Assembly: GCA_024137785.1 (NCBI GenBank)
Contig: JAHRHZ010000027.1
Span: 1 to 35,928, forward strand
Length of the DNA: 35,928 bases
Direction: 5' to 3'
Origin: Ginglymostoma cirratum
Taxonomy: Eukaryota
Shown piece by piece: positions 11,901 through 25,000 of the stretch (position 1 is its first letter; every line of letters starts with the position of its first letter). The position numbers and the translations under genes were made by a program. The notes below the pieces were generated by a model. That model saw only the letters and a program-made list of their open reading frames with translations, made no database searches and had not been told where the DNA came from.

Positions 11901-12499
11901 GTGTTTGTGTGAGTTACCAGCAGACTCGATCTGTGATCCAGAATGATCCTTCTTCCACTCTTTTGTGTTGCTGTCCCTGTGGACCCAATGATCTTCTACC
12001 GTCTCACTGTTTCTGTTCATTCACTTTCTGTAACCATTATGCCCCTAATTTACCATCAGAGCACATGTGTTTGAGAATTGCAGAGCCCTTATTGACCCGA
12101 AGCCCACACCATGTAAGTAATAGTGACTTGGGAAAGCCTCACCTCCTGTTGCTCTCTGGCACTTCCTATGTTCAATGAGAGCCCCCCGAAAGGGTGATCT
12201 TTATGTGGTATTTCCTCTTTGGACCAGGCCAGAATCAGGTTTCTTCACTTAAATATTTATTAATGCTTGCGTGGAAGCTGGACATAAGTAAATATGGTGA
12301 ACAAATCACATCTTTAAAATGGCAATAAGGATTTTCTCAGATTTGTATAGATAACAAGCTTTCATACAATGATTTCTCTAAATAATAGCATGCAGTCAAA
12401 CTGTTAGACATTACCTCGCCTGTATCTCTATTCTACAGTATTCGCATGCTATACATTCCAGATTATTACACATGACTTTAGTATCCAATCCAATTAAAA

Positions 12500-12850
12500 C
12501 GAGGGCATGCACAGGCTGAATAGCCAGGTTCTTTTTCCTGGATTTGGGAGTCCACAACTAACGGGCAGAGGTTAAAGTTGAAAGGGAAAATATTTAAAAA
12601 TGGCCTGAGGAGTAAGTTTTTCACACAGAGGGTAGTGCGATTATGGAATGAGCTGCAAGAGGATGTGGTGGAGGCTTGTCCAATTATGACATTTAAGAGG
12701 CATCAGGATGGATATATGAACAGGAAAGGTTTAGAGGTATGTGGGACAAATGCTGGCAAATGTGACCAGGTCAGATTGGGATATCGGATCGGTGTTGCGG
12801 GGGAAGTTGGGCTGAAGGATCTAATTCTGCGTTTTATGACTGTCTGACTC
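12500..12850 (+). mobile_element. CR1 LINE 3' end
   Basis: FFTQRVVRLWNELQEDVVEA...TFKRHQD. Confidence 0.9.
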
Positions 12851-14429
12851 GATGGACATGATTATATTACCCAATCATATAATGTACATCCTGTCATATA
12901 TTGTTAGATATTCACATCTTCCAGCTGGAAGTACATCTTCTGACAGTAGATATGTAATTGTGATGACCAGAAATCTTACTCTGTCTATTTTTCCCTTTTA
13001 ATACCCTTTTATCTTGAACTGCCTTTACTCACTGTCATCATTCTCTCAGTGACACAGTCCAATCAAGCCTATCCCAGACTTGATTTGATCATTTCCCTCA
13101 GGCTCCCATCGACTTGCCCCTGATAATTCCGCAAAACATTCCTGATCAAACCATCACTGACTACCAACCCAATGTGGACTGACTCAGCAGGAGAGTTCCA
13201 AATGAAAGTGGCCCAGTGCACGGACTCATATCTCCTAGCTCCCAGAATGAGCTCTCTGTAATTCCTGGGCTGGATACCCTTGCATGATGGGACTGAGTGA
13301 GGCCCAATGCCTGGAACACAAGGACCCAGATCCCCAGAGTCTGGTGAGAGCAGGCACTGACTGACCATGGACTGGAATTGAAAGAGAGCCTGAATTGATT
13401 GTGGCATCAGCCCTGGATTCCACATAGTCCCCAGTCACCCCACTCGGCACTGCTCTCCTTTCACTTTCAGACATGGCAATTTCACTGAAGCACATTACTG
13501 TATTTGCCACATGAGATACTGGCCAGTGATATCAGAGTGACACTGACATGGTATGGTGCCATACAGTGAGATGCTCACTCCCTTCCCTGCTCAGTGCCTC
13601 CCACTGTGACAAGCTGCCAGCTTTGAACTCTGTGGTACAATGCAATGCAGCTCACAGAGTCTGGCAGGCTGCAGTTTACAAAGCCAGAGTTCTGTGTTTA
13701 AAAGCAATGTAAAGCACTGAGGCTGGCAGCCTGCAAACAAGTGTCCCCGAGCTCCAAATTCAAGTGGGTGTGACAGCTGGAGCGAGAGCAGGTCTGATTC
13801 TGTAGGGAAGGCTGATCGTTTGCTCCTGATGACTTGAGTGGATAAAGAGTGGAGGAGGGTTGTCTCCAGGGAGCGTGCAGGGATGTTGTGGTGACAACAG
13901 ATGAAGTCTGGGTGAGGTTTGGAACAAGCAATCAGCGAGTAGTATCTGCCAGTTAGATGCTGTGATTAACACATTGGGAATTTGCACTGTGTATTTCCTG
14001 GGTGGAAGAGAACAATTGGAAATGGTGAAAAAGTGGCGAGAGTTGGGCTAATAATGAGGCACAAATACATGGAAATAAGATGGTCACAACTCATTCGTGA
14101 GATTCTCAACATGCCATTTATACACCTACGCAGAAAATTGGAAAATCTTTTCTTGATGAGAAGTTCTGATTCTTTCATGATTGCCATATTTTCCCAATTT
14201 CTTGCAATTTCCCTGATTGTTCCAGGGAGGGAAAAATTCCACCCACTTTCCTCTTTCCCTGTGATAGTCTCCCATTCTCCTTAAAAAATATACGTTGATC
14301 TATCCCGTATAAAAGTGAAACACATCATGGGAGTCTCTGTTTCCAGTGAATGAATAATCCAAGTTACTTCTTTGTTATAGAAAGGGGCTTCTCTTGACAG
14401 ACATCATGACAAAACAAAATAAGAAGTTT

Positions 14430-14714
14430 TAATGAGCAGTGTTACATTCCACAGACAAATATCAATCAAATGTAAACACTTAACTTTGTGATTACAGTGA
14501 TCATTTCAGGTTTTTGTTCGTTTTCAACTACAATAATTCAAAATCATCTTATGACAAGATCTCTTTTCCCACACAGAATTGATGAAACCAATATCCGATG
14601 TGAGATAGTTAAGAAATATTTTATCAAGATGCAAACTTCCAGCCAATGCTGCAGTAGCAGAGAATCTTCACTTTCCCAATTGGTCGAGCTGAGAGCATCA
14701 GATTCAATGAGGAA
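14430..14714 (-). other. Probable non-coding terminal (3'UTR) exon, unit 2
   Basis: Strong acceptor ctgatgtttctttccag at 14715, conserved in unit 3 (29615); an indel between paralogs argues against coding; 3' end uncertain. Confidence 0.45.
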
Positions 14715-14989
14715 CTGGAAAGAAACATCAGAAACACTGAGACAGAGTATGATGCCTTATTTATCATGTTAGTTTTGATTTGAATTCTGGACATGGCAAT
14801 GAACTGAAGATAACTTGAAATGAACTGGAGCTGTGTCTAGATCACACTCCTCCTTCCCCATCACCTATTGCACATGTTCTGGGAAACTAATACAGATCAA
14901 AATGCTTGTACATGTCGAAGATCATTGTATCACAGAGAGTTAACGTTTCCCTGCAGTTGTGCTGGTGAGCAGATGACAGAAAAAATAGG

Positions 14990-15890
14990 TGAAGACATAA
15001 GACATTGGAACAAAACTATGCCATTCAGCCCATCGTGTCTGCTCTGCCATTCAACTGGATTATGGCTGATCTCATAATCCTCAACATCACTTTCCTGCCT
15101 TTTCCCATAACTCTTGATTCACTGACTGATTAAAAACCTGTCTATCTCAGCCTTGAGTGTAAGCAATGGCAGAGCCTCATCAACCGTCTTTGGCAACTAA
15201 TTCTACAGGTTCACAGCATCTCAGCGATAAAAACAAATTCTCCTCATCTCAAACTTAACCATATGTATCATCGATGATGATATGCTTTCGTCCACGTCTC
15301 AACCACAAGTGGAAACATCTAATCTGCATTTACCCCATCATGTCCTGGAAACAGCTTGGATGTTTCATTTAGCTAACTTCTCATTCTTCTCGATTCCAAT
15401 GAGGACAGGAGCAATCCTACTCAACCTCTCCTCATAAAATAGTCCCTCCATTCCTGGGATCAGCCTACCGTTTAGCCTTGATTCTACCAGAAGAAACAAA
15501 AGGATTTAGGATGGTCTTTACAATACCATTTTACAGTGCCTTTGAAAAATGGATACAGAGACTTCTGAAGCAGGACCAGAGGAGAGTATTCAGCCCCTGA
15601 AGGCTCCTTCAGCATTCACCTGGATCCTGCCAGATCTTCCACCTGAATGCCATTTTTGTGTAGCATTATTCCCATGTCTCTCGATATCTCTATTACCCAG
15701 AAATTTATTGCTCTCCGTTTGGAGTATACTCAAGGCTGGAACCTACACAGCTCTCTGGGGCAGAGAATTCCAAGTATTCCTATCTTCTGAGTGAAAATTC
15801 CTGCTTATCTCAGTCTCAATTGGCCAACCCACTCTTCTCAAACTGTCTCCTGCTTCAGAAACATCTCCATCCAGGAACATCTCAGTGATG
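14990..15890 (-). mobile_element. Two old CR1-like 3' fragments (about 14990-15440 and 15550-15890)
   Basis: ccattcagccc stem tails and WNSLPQRAV; paralogous to 29870-30530. Confidence 0.7.
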
Positions 15891-15939
15891 GAGAACTTAG
15901 AGTGCTCAGAATTAAACTTGTAAAGACCATGATACTCAC

Positions 15940-16030
15940 CTAATGTTTTCTCATATACACTGTTACAGAAACAGAGCAAATCACCAGGAGAGTGAAGAAC
16001 ACCCAGCAGATTACATTCCAGACACCGTAA
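15940..16030 (-). CDS. Transmembrane + short tail exon, unit 2: (S)YGVWNVICWVFFTLLVICSVSVTVYMRKH*
   Basis: Acceptor catttttctcag (phase 2), about 23-aa hydrophobic run then basic RKH, TAG immediately followed by gtgagt; paralog at 30689-30590. Confidence 0.82.
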
Positions 16031-19000
16031 CTGAGAAAAATGTAAGAAATACAAAATCATTTGACGAAAATGAGTCTGCTTTATGTTTTAACCATTTATC
16101 CACGATTTAAACTGCAACCTGAGTATATTGTAGCAAAGTAAAGTAGCGCAGCTCAGGGAGTTCACTGGGGAAACGGAACTACATTTTAATTCATGAATGA
16201 CATGAACAAATAGGTAAAGGTCAAATGAAACAAGTTTCAGTAGCATGTCCTGTAATGCTCAGGGCAAAGTTATACGTGAGGGTTATAAGTTTTAATGGTT
16301 GGACATTTGCAGGAGGCACTGCAGCCTGGTGTGATATTACAACAGTGAGAGGTCTATTCAGTGAGTGAGAAACTCAGAATAGCATCATCCCACAGTGGTC
16401 CTTGCACTTTCTTACAGGCAAAGCTTAACCAGCTGGAACCAGGCAGCCTTTCACCCTCTCAGTTTGTAACTCTGCGGATGTGAGAAAGAGAAGATGACAG
16501 AGAATGTAGTGACCCTGTCGTGATACAGCAGAATGCCCTGGGTTATCAAAAGTTGCCATTTCTTTACTTTGAAAACTACAACAGCCTGAGCTGAGATGAA
16601 TAATAAAACATCTAATTTTATTTAATTGTATGTGTTATGCCTCGAATGGACAATGTCATCACTTCAGGGTGTGTGCTAAAACTAAGGTATTCTTTTACAT
16701 CCAGTGGAACACTTCCATCAGCCTGTCATGCTTGAAGTGACCCAAACTGAGATGGAGTCTGACACCATTATCCCCTCAGGTCACATGCTCTGACACAGTG
16801 ACGAATTTGTCTATTCAAGGCATAACACCTACAAGCTGTGAGATGTAACACAAAACTGGAGTGCAACATTTGTGCATTCTCTGGAGCTTTATTACACTTG
16901 CATTCATTTTCAAAAATGATTCATTGAATTTTTCAAAATTGTCCAAATATCAAAGTGACGTAATGTGATGAGGTGCAGTTGTTCATGTGACTAAAGAAAC
17001 GAAACCAATGAACATTTTGAATTGTCATGAAACGAATGAATGAACGTCAGAGTCTGTATAAAACTTATCGATGCTGCTGATTTATGTCATCTCAGTACAG
17101 CTTCTCTCTGCTCCCCTGGCAACTGACACATCCAATTTCACTGGATTTTTCTCCCTGAGTATTGGAAGCTGTGCAGTAATATTGATGATGTTGCTGTTTG
17201 AAGGATTGACAACGTAGATCCAGTTTATTGGTGTCAAAGATCTTTGAATCTTGAGATGGGGTCTTCTCAAACCATGTGTAGTGAATGGGGAGGGATCCAT
17301 GGGCAGACTCACAGGAGATTGTCACTGAGCCCCCAGAACATGAGATAATTGGTTGTGATTAAAATCAAATTCGAGGAACAGAGATATTTTCTTTGCGAGG
17401 AAACAATTATTGCAAAACTGACTCCAAGTGAAAAATTGAAAATCCCTGAATACTTCTACCTACACTCTCCCATCTCATGAAGTAAGGTGATAGAGCACAG
17501 AAATAGACAATTTGGCATGGCCAATCCACCGAACCTACACATCTTTGGGCTGTGGGATTAAAACCAGAGCACACAGAGGAAACCAACACACACAAGGGGA
17601 GAATGTGCAAACTGCATACACTCAATTACCCGAGTGTGGAATCGAACACATGTCCCTGGCACTGTGAGCCACCAGGCTGCTGATAAAATATGGCCTAAAA
17701 TAAAATTTATAGTCTTACAATGCTTTTTCTGTCACAGAATATTATCTGGTTAAAAACAAATGAATTACACGTTCTGGAGACCGGAATAAAAAACAGAAGT
17801 TGTGAGAATGATATGATCAGACTGATTTGTTTAGTTTCAGATGTGGACTAGAATTGTGAAGAATTCTGCACTGATCTACTTCTGCACAAATGTGGACTAA
17901 ATCGCTGTGCATTTCCAATATTCTCTGTTCGTCACTGGCACTTAATTGGCATTTTCTCTTCATCACCTTTGTAAGTTTAAAGAATTATTTACTCAGTGTT
18001 TATATCACATTTACAGTTCCGGCTGCTTATTTCCGACAGCTCAGGCGAGTAAGTTGATGCAAAAGGCTAACGCTGAAAGCTCCCTGTCACTGTGCAGATA
18101 TATCACCTCAAATATTACTTTTCACCAGCAGGAATGAAACTATCCTGAAATGTCACTCCAGAACACATAGCCGCAAGGTAGGTTTGGCAAGCACAGTACA
18201 TCACACACCATGTAGTTTAATGGTGAAGTGATGAAGATGAGCAATGCAATCTGAAGGCCAACAAAATAGAAACAATATTCTCCATTTGTACTTTTCAAAT
18301 ACAATTGGACCTTCAAAGTGAAACTAACACAACAGCCTGACATAAACCCAGCACCATTTTCATTTACAAAATAACAAATGACTTTCACTCGTTTGGTCAA
18401 AATTGTTGAACAATATTGTTAATCTCGCACATGGAATCAAAACAAAGACTATCCGACCTTTCAGAGGTTTTGTCTTCTGAGGTTTGAGTTTGACTGGGAG
18501 AAGAAATTCGATTTGTATTTGGGGAATGTGTATTTGTCAGTGATTTTGGTGAAAAAATGTCACAAATATATCCTTGTCCTGTTGAAACAAGGAAATGATG
18601 TTTGGATTCACCTCAGTTTCACTTGTAATTATCCAAGAGGACGTCATGAACAAATGGAGGCTCATTACCTGTAGAAAAGCCTGTGTGATAGCGTTATTTC
18701 CCCTTCTCTGGTCACAATGACACCTATAAATGACTGAGTTCGACTGATAATTTTATAGAGTCATTGAGTTATACAGCGCGGAAACAGACCCTTTGGTTCA
18801 ACACGTCCATGTTGACTAAGTTTCTCAAACTAAACTATTCCCACTAGTCTGCATTTGGCCCATATCCTTCCAAACCTTTCCTTTTCATCAACAGATTCAA
18901 ATATCTTTTAAGTATTGTAACTGTCCATTCATTAACTATGTCCCGTCCACATATGAACTAACATCTGTGTGAGTAGTTGCCTCTCAGGTCCCTTTTAAAT

Positions 19001-22000
19001 CTTTCTTCTCTCATGTTAAAAATATTCCCTCTCATTTGAACTCTCCCACCCTGGGGAAAAAGACATTTCCTATTCACCTCATCTATGCCCCTCATGAGTT
19101 TGCAAGCCGTTACTATTTTACACCTCTACTTCCTGCACTCCAGGAGGGGTAATGGCCTCGTGGTATTATTGATGGATTGTTAATCCAGAGACTCAGATTA
19201 TGATGTGGGGAGCAGGGTTCAAATCCCACCAGGGCAGGTAGAGGAATTTGAATTCATTAAATATCTGGAATTACGAATCCAATTATGACCCTGAATCCAT
19301 TGTCGATTGTCGGGACAATCCCATCTGGTTCACTAATGTCCTTCAGGGAAGGGAACTGCCATCCTTACCTGTTCTGGCCTCCATGTGGCTCCAGACCCAC
19401 AGCAATGTGTTTGCCTTGAAACTGCCCTTTGGGCATTAAATGCTGCCTAGCTAGCCACACCCTCACCCCGTGAATGAATTATAAAAAAACTTGAGAGAAA
19501 AAAGTCCCAGCCTTTCTTGCCTGTTCTTATAACTCAAACCCTCCAGTTCTGGCAACATCCTGGTAAATCTCTTCTGAACACGCTCCAATATAATAATAAC
19601 CTTCCAATAGCAGGGTGACTAGAACTGTACACAGTACAACAAAAGTGGCCTCACCAAAATCCTGTGCAAGTTCAACATGACGTTCCAACTTCTGTACTCA
19701 AATGGTCTGAGCAATGAAGGCAAAAATGCGAAATGCCTTCTCAACTACCGTGTCGACTTGTGATGCAAATTTTAAAGAATTATCAACCTGAACCTCTAGA
19801 TCTCCCTGTTCAACAACACGACCCAGGGCTCTACCATGAATTGTATAAGTCCTGCCCTTCTCTGTCTCACCAAAATGCAATACCACGTATTTATCAAAAT
19901 TAAACATTATCGGCCACTGCTCAGCTCATTGGCCCAATTGATCAAGATCCCTTTATAATCTTAGATAATCTTCTTAATTGTCGACTTTACCACCAATTTT
20001 GGTGTCATCTGAAAACTTTCTAACAATGCCGATGAAATTCTTATCCAAATCGTTCATATAAATTATACTGATCCATGTGCAACTTCACTGGTCACAGGCC
20101 TCCAGTGCAAAAACCAACCCTCCAGCACCACACTCTGTCTCCTGCTGTCAAGCCAATTTTGTTCCATTTGGCAAGATCACCCTCAATCCCATGAGATTTA
20201 ACTTTACTAATTCGTCTACAATGAGGAACCTTGTTACTAAAGTCCATGTAGACAACATCTACTGCTCTGTCCTCTTCAATCTTTTTGGTTTCATTCTCAA
20301 AAAACTCAAACAAGTTTGTAAGGCAGACTGTGCACACACAAAGCCATGCTGATTAACCCTAAACAGTCCTTCCCTCTCCAAGAGCATATAAATCCTATCC
20401 CCCAGAATCCCCTCCAACAACTTACTTAACACTGATGTCAGGCTCACAGGCCTATAGTTCCCAGGCTTCCCATTAGAGCCTTGCTTAAATAAAGGCACAA
20501 CATTAGCCAACCTCCAGTCCTCAGTCACTGCACCCGTGACTGTGGATGATACAAATATCTCTGCTAGGGATCCCTTAATTCCTTCACTAAATTCCCACAA
20601 TATCCTAGGACATGCTTAATCAGGTCCCACCGATTTATCCACCTTTGTGTTTTTTAAGACCTCCAGCACTTCCTCTTCTCTAATGTGGACTATTATTAAG
20701 CCATCAATATTTATACACCTGAGTCCCCCAGCATCTATGTGTTTCTAGAACATAGAACATAGAACTGTACAGCACAGTACAGGGCCTTCGGCCCACAATG
20801 TTGTGTCAAACTTTTACCCGAAACCTAAGGTCTATCTAGCCTCCACCACTACCTTATACCATCATCCATATGCCAATCTAATAGCCACTTAACTGCCCCT
20901 AATGAGGCCGACTCCACTACCCTCTCTGGCAATGCATTCCATGCCCCAACCACTCTCTGAGTAAAGAGCCTACCTCTGATGTCTCCCCTCTCTCTACCTC
21001 CACTCACTTTAAAACTATGCCCCCTTGTAATAGCTACCTCCACCCTTGTAAAAAGTCTCTGGCTATCCACTCTTTCTATACTTCTGATTATTCTATACAC
21101 CTCGATCAAGTCACCTCTCATCCTTCGTCATTCCAAAGAGAAAAGCCCTACCTCTCTCAACCTATCCTCGTAAGACCTTCCCTCCATTCCAGGCAACATC
21201 CCGGTAAATTTCCTCTGCACCTTTTCCAATACTTCCACATCTTTCCTGAAATGAGGCAACCAGAACTGGACACAATACTCCAGATGTGGCTGAACCAGGC
21301 TTTTGTACAGCTGGAGCATAACTTCACGGCTCTTGAAATCAATCCCTCTATTAATGAAAGCTAACACACCATACGTCTTCTTAACAACTCTATCCACCTG
21401 CGTGGCAGCTTTCATGGAAGTGTGGACATGAACCCCAAGATCCCTCTGTTCCTCCACACCGCCGAAAATCTTTCCGTTAACCCCGTATTCTGCTTTCAAA
21501 CTTGTCCTTCCAAAATGAATCACCTCACAATTTTCAGGGTTAAACTCCATCTGCCATTTCTCAGCCCAGCTCTGCATCCTATCAATGCCCCTTTGTAACC
21601 TAGAACAGCCCTCCGCACTATTTACAATTCGACCCACCATCGTGTCATCCGTGAACTTACTATTCCACCCGACCACTCCTACATCCAAATCATTTACAAA
21701 AATCACAAGTAGAAGAGGACTCAGAACAGATCCTTGTTGTATACCACTCGTAACTGAGCACCATGTTGAATATTTTCTGTCCATTACCTCCCTTTATCTT
21801 CTAAGTGTCAGCCAATTCTGAATCCAATCTGCCAGATTTCCCCTATCCCATGCCTCCTTACTTTCTGCATGAGCCTACCATGGGGAATCTTCCCAAACGA
21901 CTTACTTAAATCCATGTATTCCACATCCACTGCTCTACCTCCATCCACCTGTTTGGTCACCTCTTCAAAGAATTCAAACGTTTTGTGAGGCATGATCTAC

Positions 22001-25000
22001 CCCTCACAAATCCATGCTGACTATCATGGATCAAACTATGCCTTTCCAAGTGATCATAAATCCTGTTTCTCAGAGCTCTTTCCAATAATTTGCCCATCAC
22101 TGAAGTAAGGCTAACTGGCCTGTAATTTCCGGGGTTATCCTTGTTCCCTTTTTTGAACACGGGAATGACGTTTGCCTCTCTCCAATCTTCCAGCACTATA
22201 CTCGTGGACAATGAGGATGAAAAGATCATCACCAAAGGCCCTGCGCTCTCTTCCCTCGCTTCCCATAGAATCCTTGGATAAATCCAATCAGCCCCGGGGG
22301 ACTTATCGTTCTTCAATTTCCTCAAAGTTTCTTGTACGTCTTCTTTACTAACATCCACCTCCTCTAGCCTATCAGCCTGTCTCACATTGTTCTCCCCGAT
22401 AGCGAGGTCCTTCTCAGCTGTGAATACCAAAGAAAAGTATCCATTAAGGACCTCTCCGATCTCTTCAGGCTCTGTGCACAAATTCCCTTTACAATCCTTG
22501 ATCGGACCTGCTTTACTCTGGTCATTCTCTTATTCCTCACGTACTTGTACAAAGCCTTGGAGTTTTCCTTGATCCGATCTGCCGATGTTTCCTCATGCCC
22601 CCTGATGGCTCTCCTGAGCTCTTTCTTCAGCTCCTTTCTGGATAACTTGTATCTCTTTCAAGCCTTTTCTGTTCCTTGTTTCCAAAGCCTCACTGAAGCA
22701 TCCTACTTTCTCTTAACTTTCTCATTTGACCTCACTTGAGAACCAAGGCTCCCTCACTCGACCGCATCTTCCCTGCCTGCTTGGGACAAACATATCGAGT
22801 ACATGCAGTATGCATTTTTTGAACAATCTCCACATTTCTATCGTGTTCTTCGCTGACAGCATCTGTTCCCATTTTATGTTACCCAGTTCTTGCCTAATAG
22901 AATTATAATTTCCCTTCCACCGATTATAAACCTCACCCTGCTGTATGTACCTATCCTTTTCCACGACTATTGTAAAAGTAACAGAGATATGCTCACTTAC
23001 GCCAAAATGCTCCCACCAGCAGGTCTGACACTTGGCCCGTTTCATTGCCAAGCACTCCACAGTAAAAACTGATATGAAAGTTTGGATCAGTATCTCTCCC
23101 ACATTCTGTGGTTCCACACATGGACAATCTTGTTGACTTCCTTTCCCAAATCTGAGAGTTGATGTCTAACATCTGGGTTTGTTAAAGGGTTTGGGCTGGT
23201 AACTTCAACGCAGTTATCCCACTTGTTTAAAACCACGAGTTTCACATGGAGCTGTCGTTTGCTGATATTGGCTGTGGTCAATTCCACCCTCTTCGTGTCA
23301 GTTTTCTGAGCTCTCAGGAATGAGGAGAAACACCCCACAGACACATAACCTGCCAGTGATTTCCCATTGTATCGGAGATAATAGGAACTGCAGATGCTGG
23401 AGAATCCGAGATAACAAGGTGTCGAGCTGGATGAACACAGCTGGCCAAGCAGCATCACAGGAGCTCCTGATCCCATGATGCTGCTTGGTCTGCTGTGTTT
23501 ATCCAGCTCTACACCTTGTTATCAGTGATTTCCCATTGGCTGAACTGTAAGTATCCAGGAGGCAGACACATGAGGTGCCCCATCTCCATGGAGTACATAG
23601 ACAACATGGCTGAGGTGTATTTTAAGTGAACCATTTCTGCAAGAACTAAATTGTTAAATTTTTATTGTTTATTCTTTGTTGGACAGTGTTTGCTGCCCAT
23701 TCTGAATTACCTCTGACTGATTGGCTTTCAGGGCTTTTGAAGAGGGCAGTTAAGAATCAAGCACATTGCTGGAGTCACATATAGACCAGAGCTGGAAAGG
23801 GCTGCATGTTTCCTTCCCTAAAGGACATTAATGAACCAAATAGTGCCTTCCAGGATTTTAGGAGGCCCCAAAATGACTCACATTCGATGAAGTGCTCAGT
23901 TGAAACAAGCAAACCGTTGTAATGCAGCAAGATGTAGAAGTTAATTTAAATGCAGTGAAAAGCATTGAAGTAATTCTGTCAAAAATCTGGTTGTTTTTAT
24001 CAATTGAGGAATGAATTCTTCCTTTGATATCAGGAAAACCTCCATTCTGCAAAGAGTTTACAAATGACGCCATACCCAAACGGTGAACAGGTTCTCAGTT
24101 TATCACCTCATCGATGCTGTCTCAGCTGCAAGAGGACAGCATTCCCTCTCTCTGCTGGGCTGTGGTATCCAGCTGAATTTTAACCCCAAAGGGGAACTTG
24201 AACACACAGCATGTTTGTGATAAATGTTAGAGTGCAGCCACATGAGCCGCTGCTGATAGTTACAAATACAGTTTATGTGTGTCATTGTTCCTTGATGCTG
24301 ACCAGATTCTCTCTGACAGCTCAAACACGAGATCATATCAGGAAATGCCTGCAGTCAATACTTGCATATGTTTCATATTTACAACTCATCTCCAACCTAT
24401 ACCCAATATCTGCCCAAAATCTGGACATAATAGTCACTTCCCGAATTTGATAATTTGATCTGGTAGACAAATTCAAATTGTCCGTCAATCAAACGTTTTT
24501 TAATTTTCGGGGATTATTGGAGTTATTACAATGCTCATGCATGCTGTGGGTAATATCTTACGTACCTGCTCATTTTTGAAGAACAAAGCAAACCGTTGGT
24601 TTTGTTCAGAACTGGCGATGAAACAAATGGAGTGCGTTTTATCAATTACAGTCTTACAGAATGTGATAAAATGCAACCAGTTGCAATACACTTTCAATAA
24701 AAAAGAAATCATATTGTTTGCTTCACACTCACCGATGCTGTCGATGTATATTGTATACCAACAGTTCTTCTCTGTTACATTGTTGACTGACACATGAACA
24801 ATTTCACTGGATTTTGTTCCCTGAGTATTTGAGGCTGCGCAGTAATATTGATGATGTTGCTGTGTGAGGGATTGACAATTTAGATCCAGTTTATTGGTGT
24901 CAGAGATCTTTGAATCTTGAGATGGGGACTTCTCAGACCATGTGTAGTGAATGGGGAGGGATCCCTGGGCAGACTCACAGGAGATTGTCACTGAGTCCCC

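Larger units (their letters stand above)
14435..17506. repeat. Segmental duplication, direct paralog of about 29190-32720 (with internal indels)
   Basis: Colinear UTR exon, old CR1 tails, TM exon and C2b exon, offset about 14.7-15.2 kb. Confidence 0.93.

Noticed and set aside
13069-13990. GC-richer region with several overlapping ORFs, possibly another Harbinger/Myb relic
   Set aside because: Too degenerate; no diagnostic motif could be read.
15743-16060. ORF-track frame LRCLECNLLG... across the TM exon (also 30486..30734)
   Set aside because: Alternative frame of the TM exon; the phase-2 frame gives a clear hydrophobic helix and matches the stalk phase.
20746-20765. (TAGAACA)n short tandem repeat
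   Set aside because: It is the CR1 3' microsatellite tail, not an independent repeat or CRISPR-like array.
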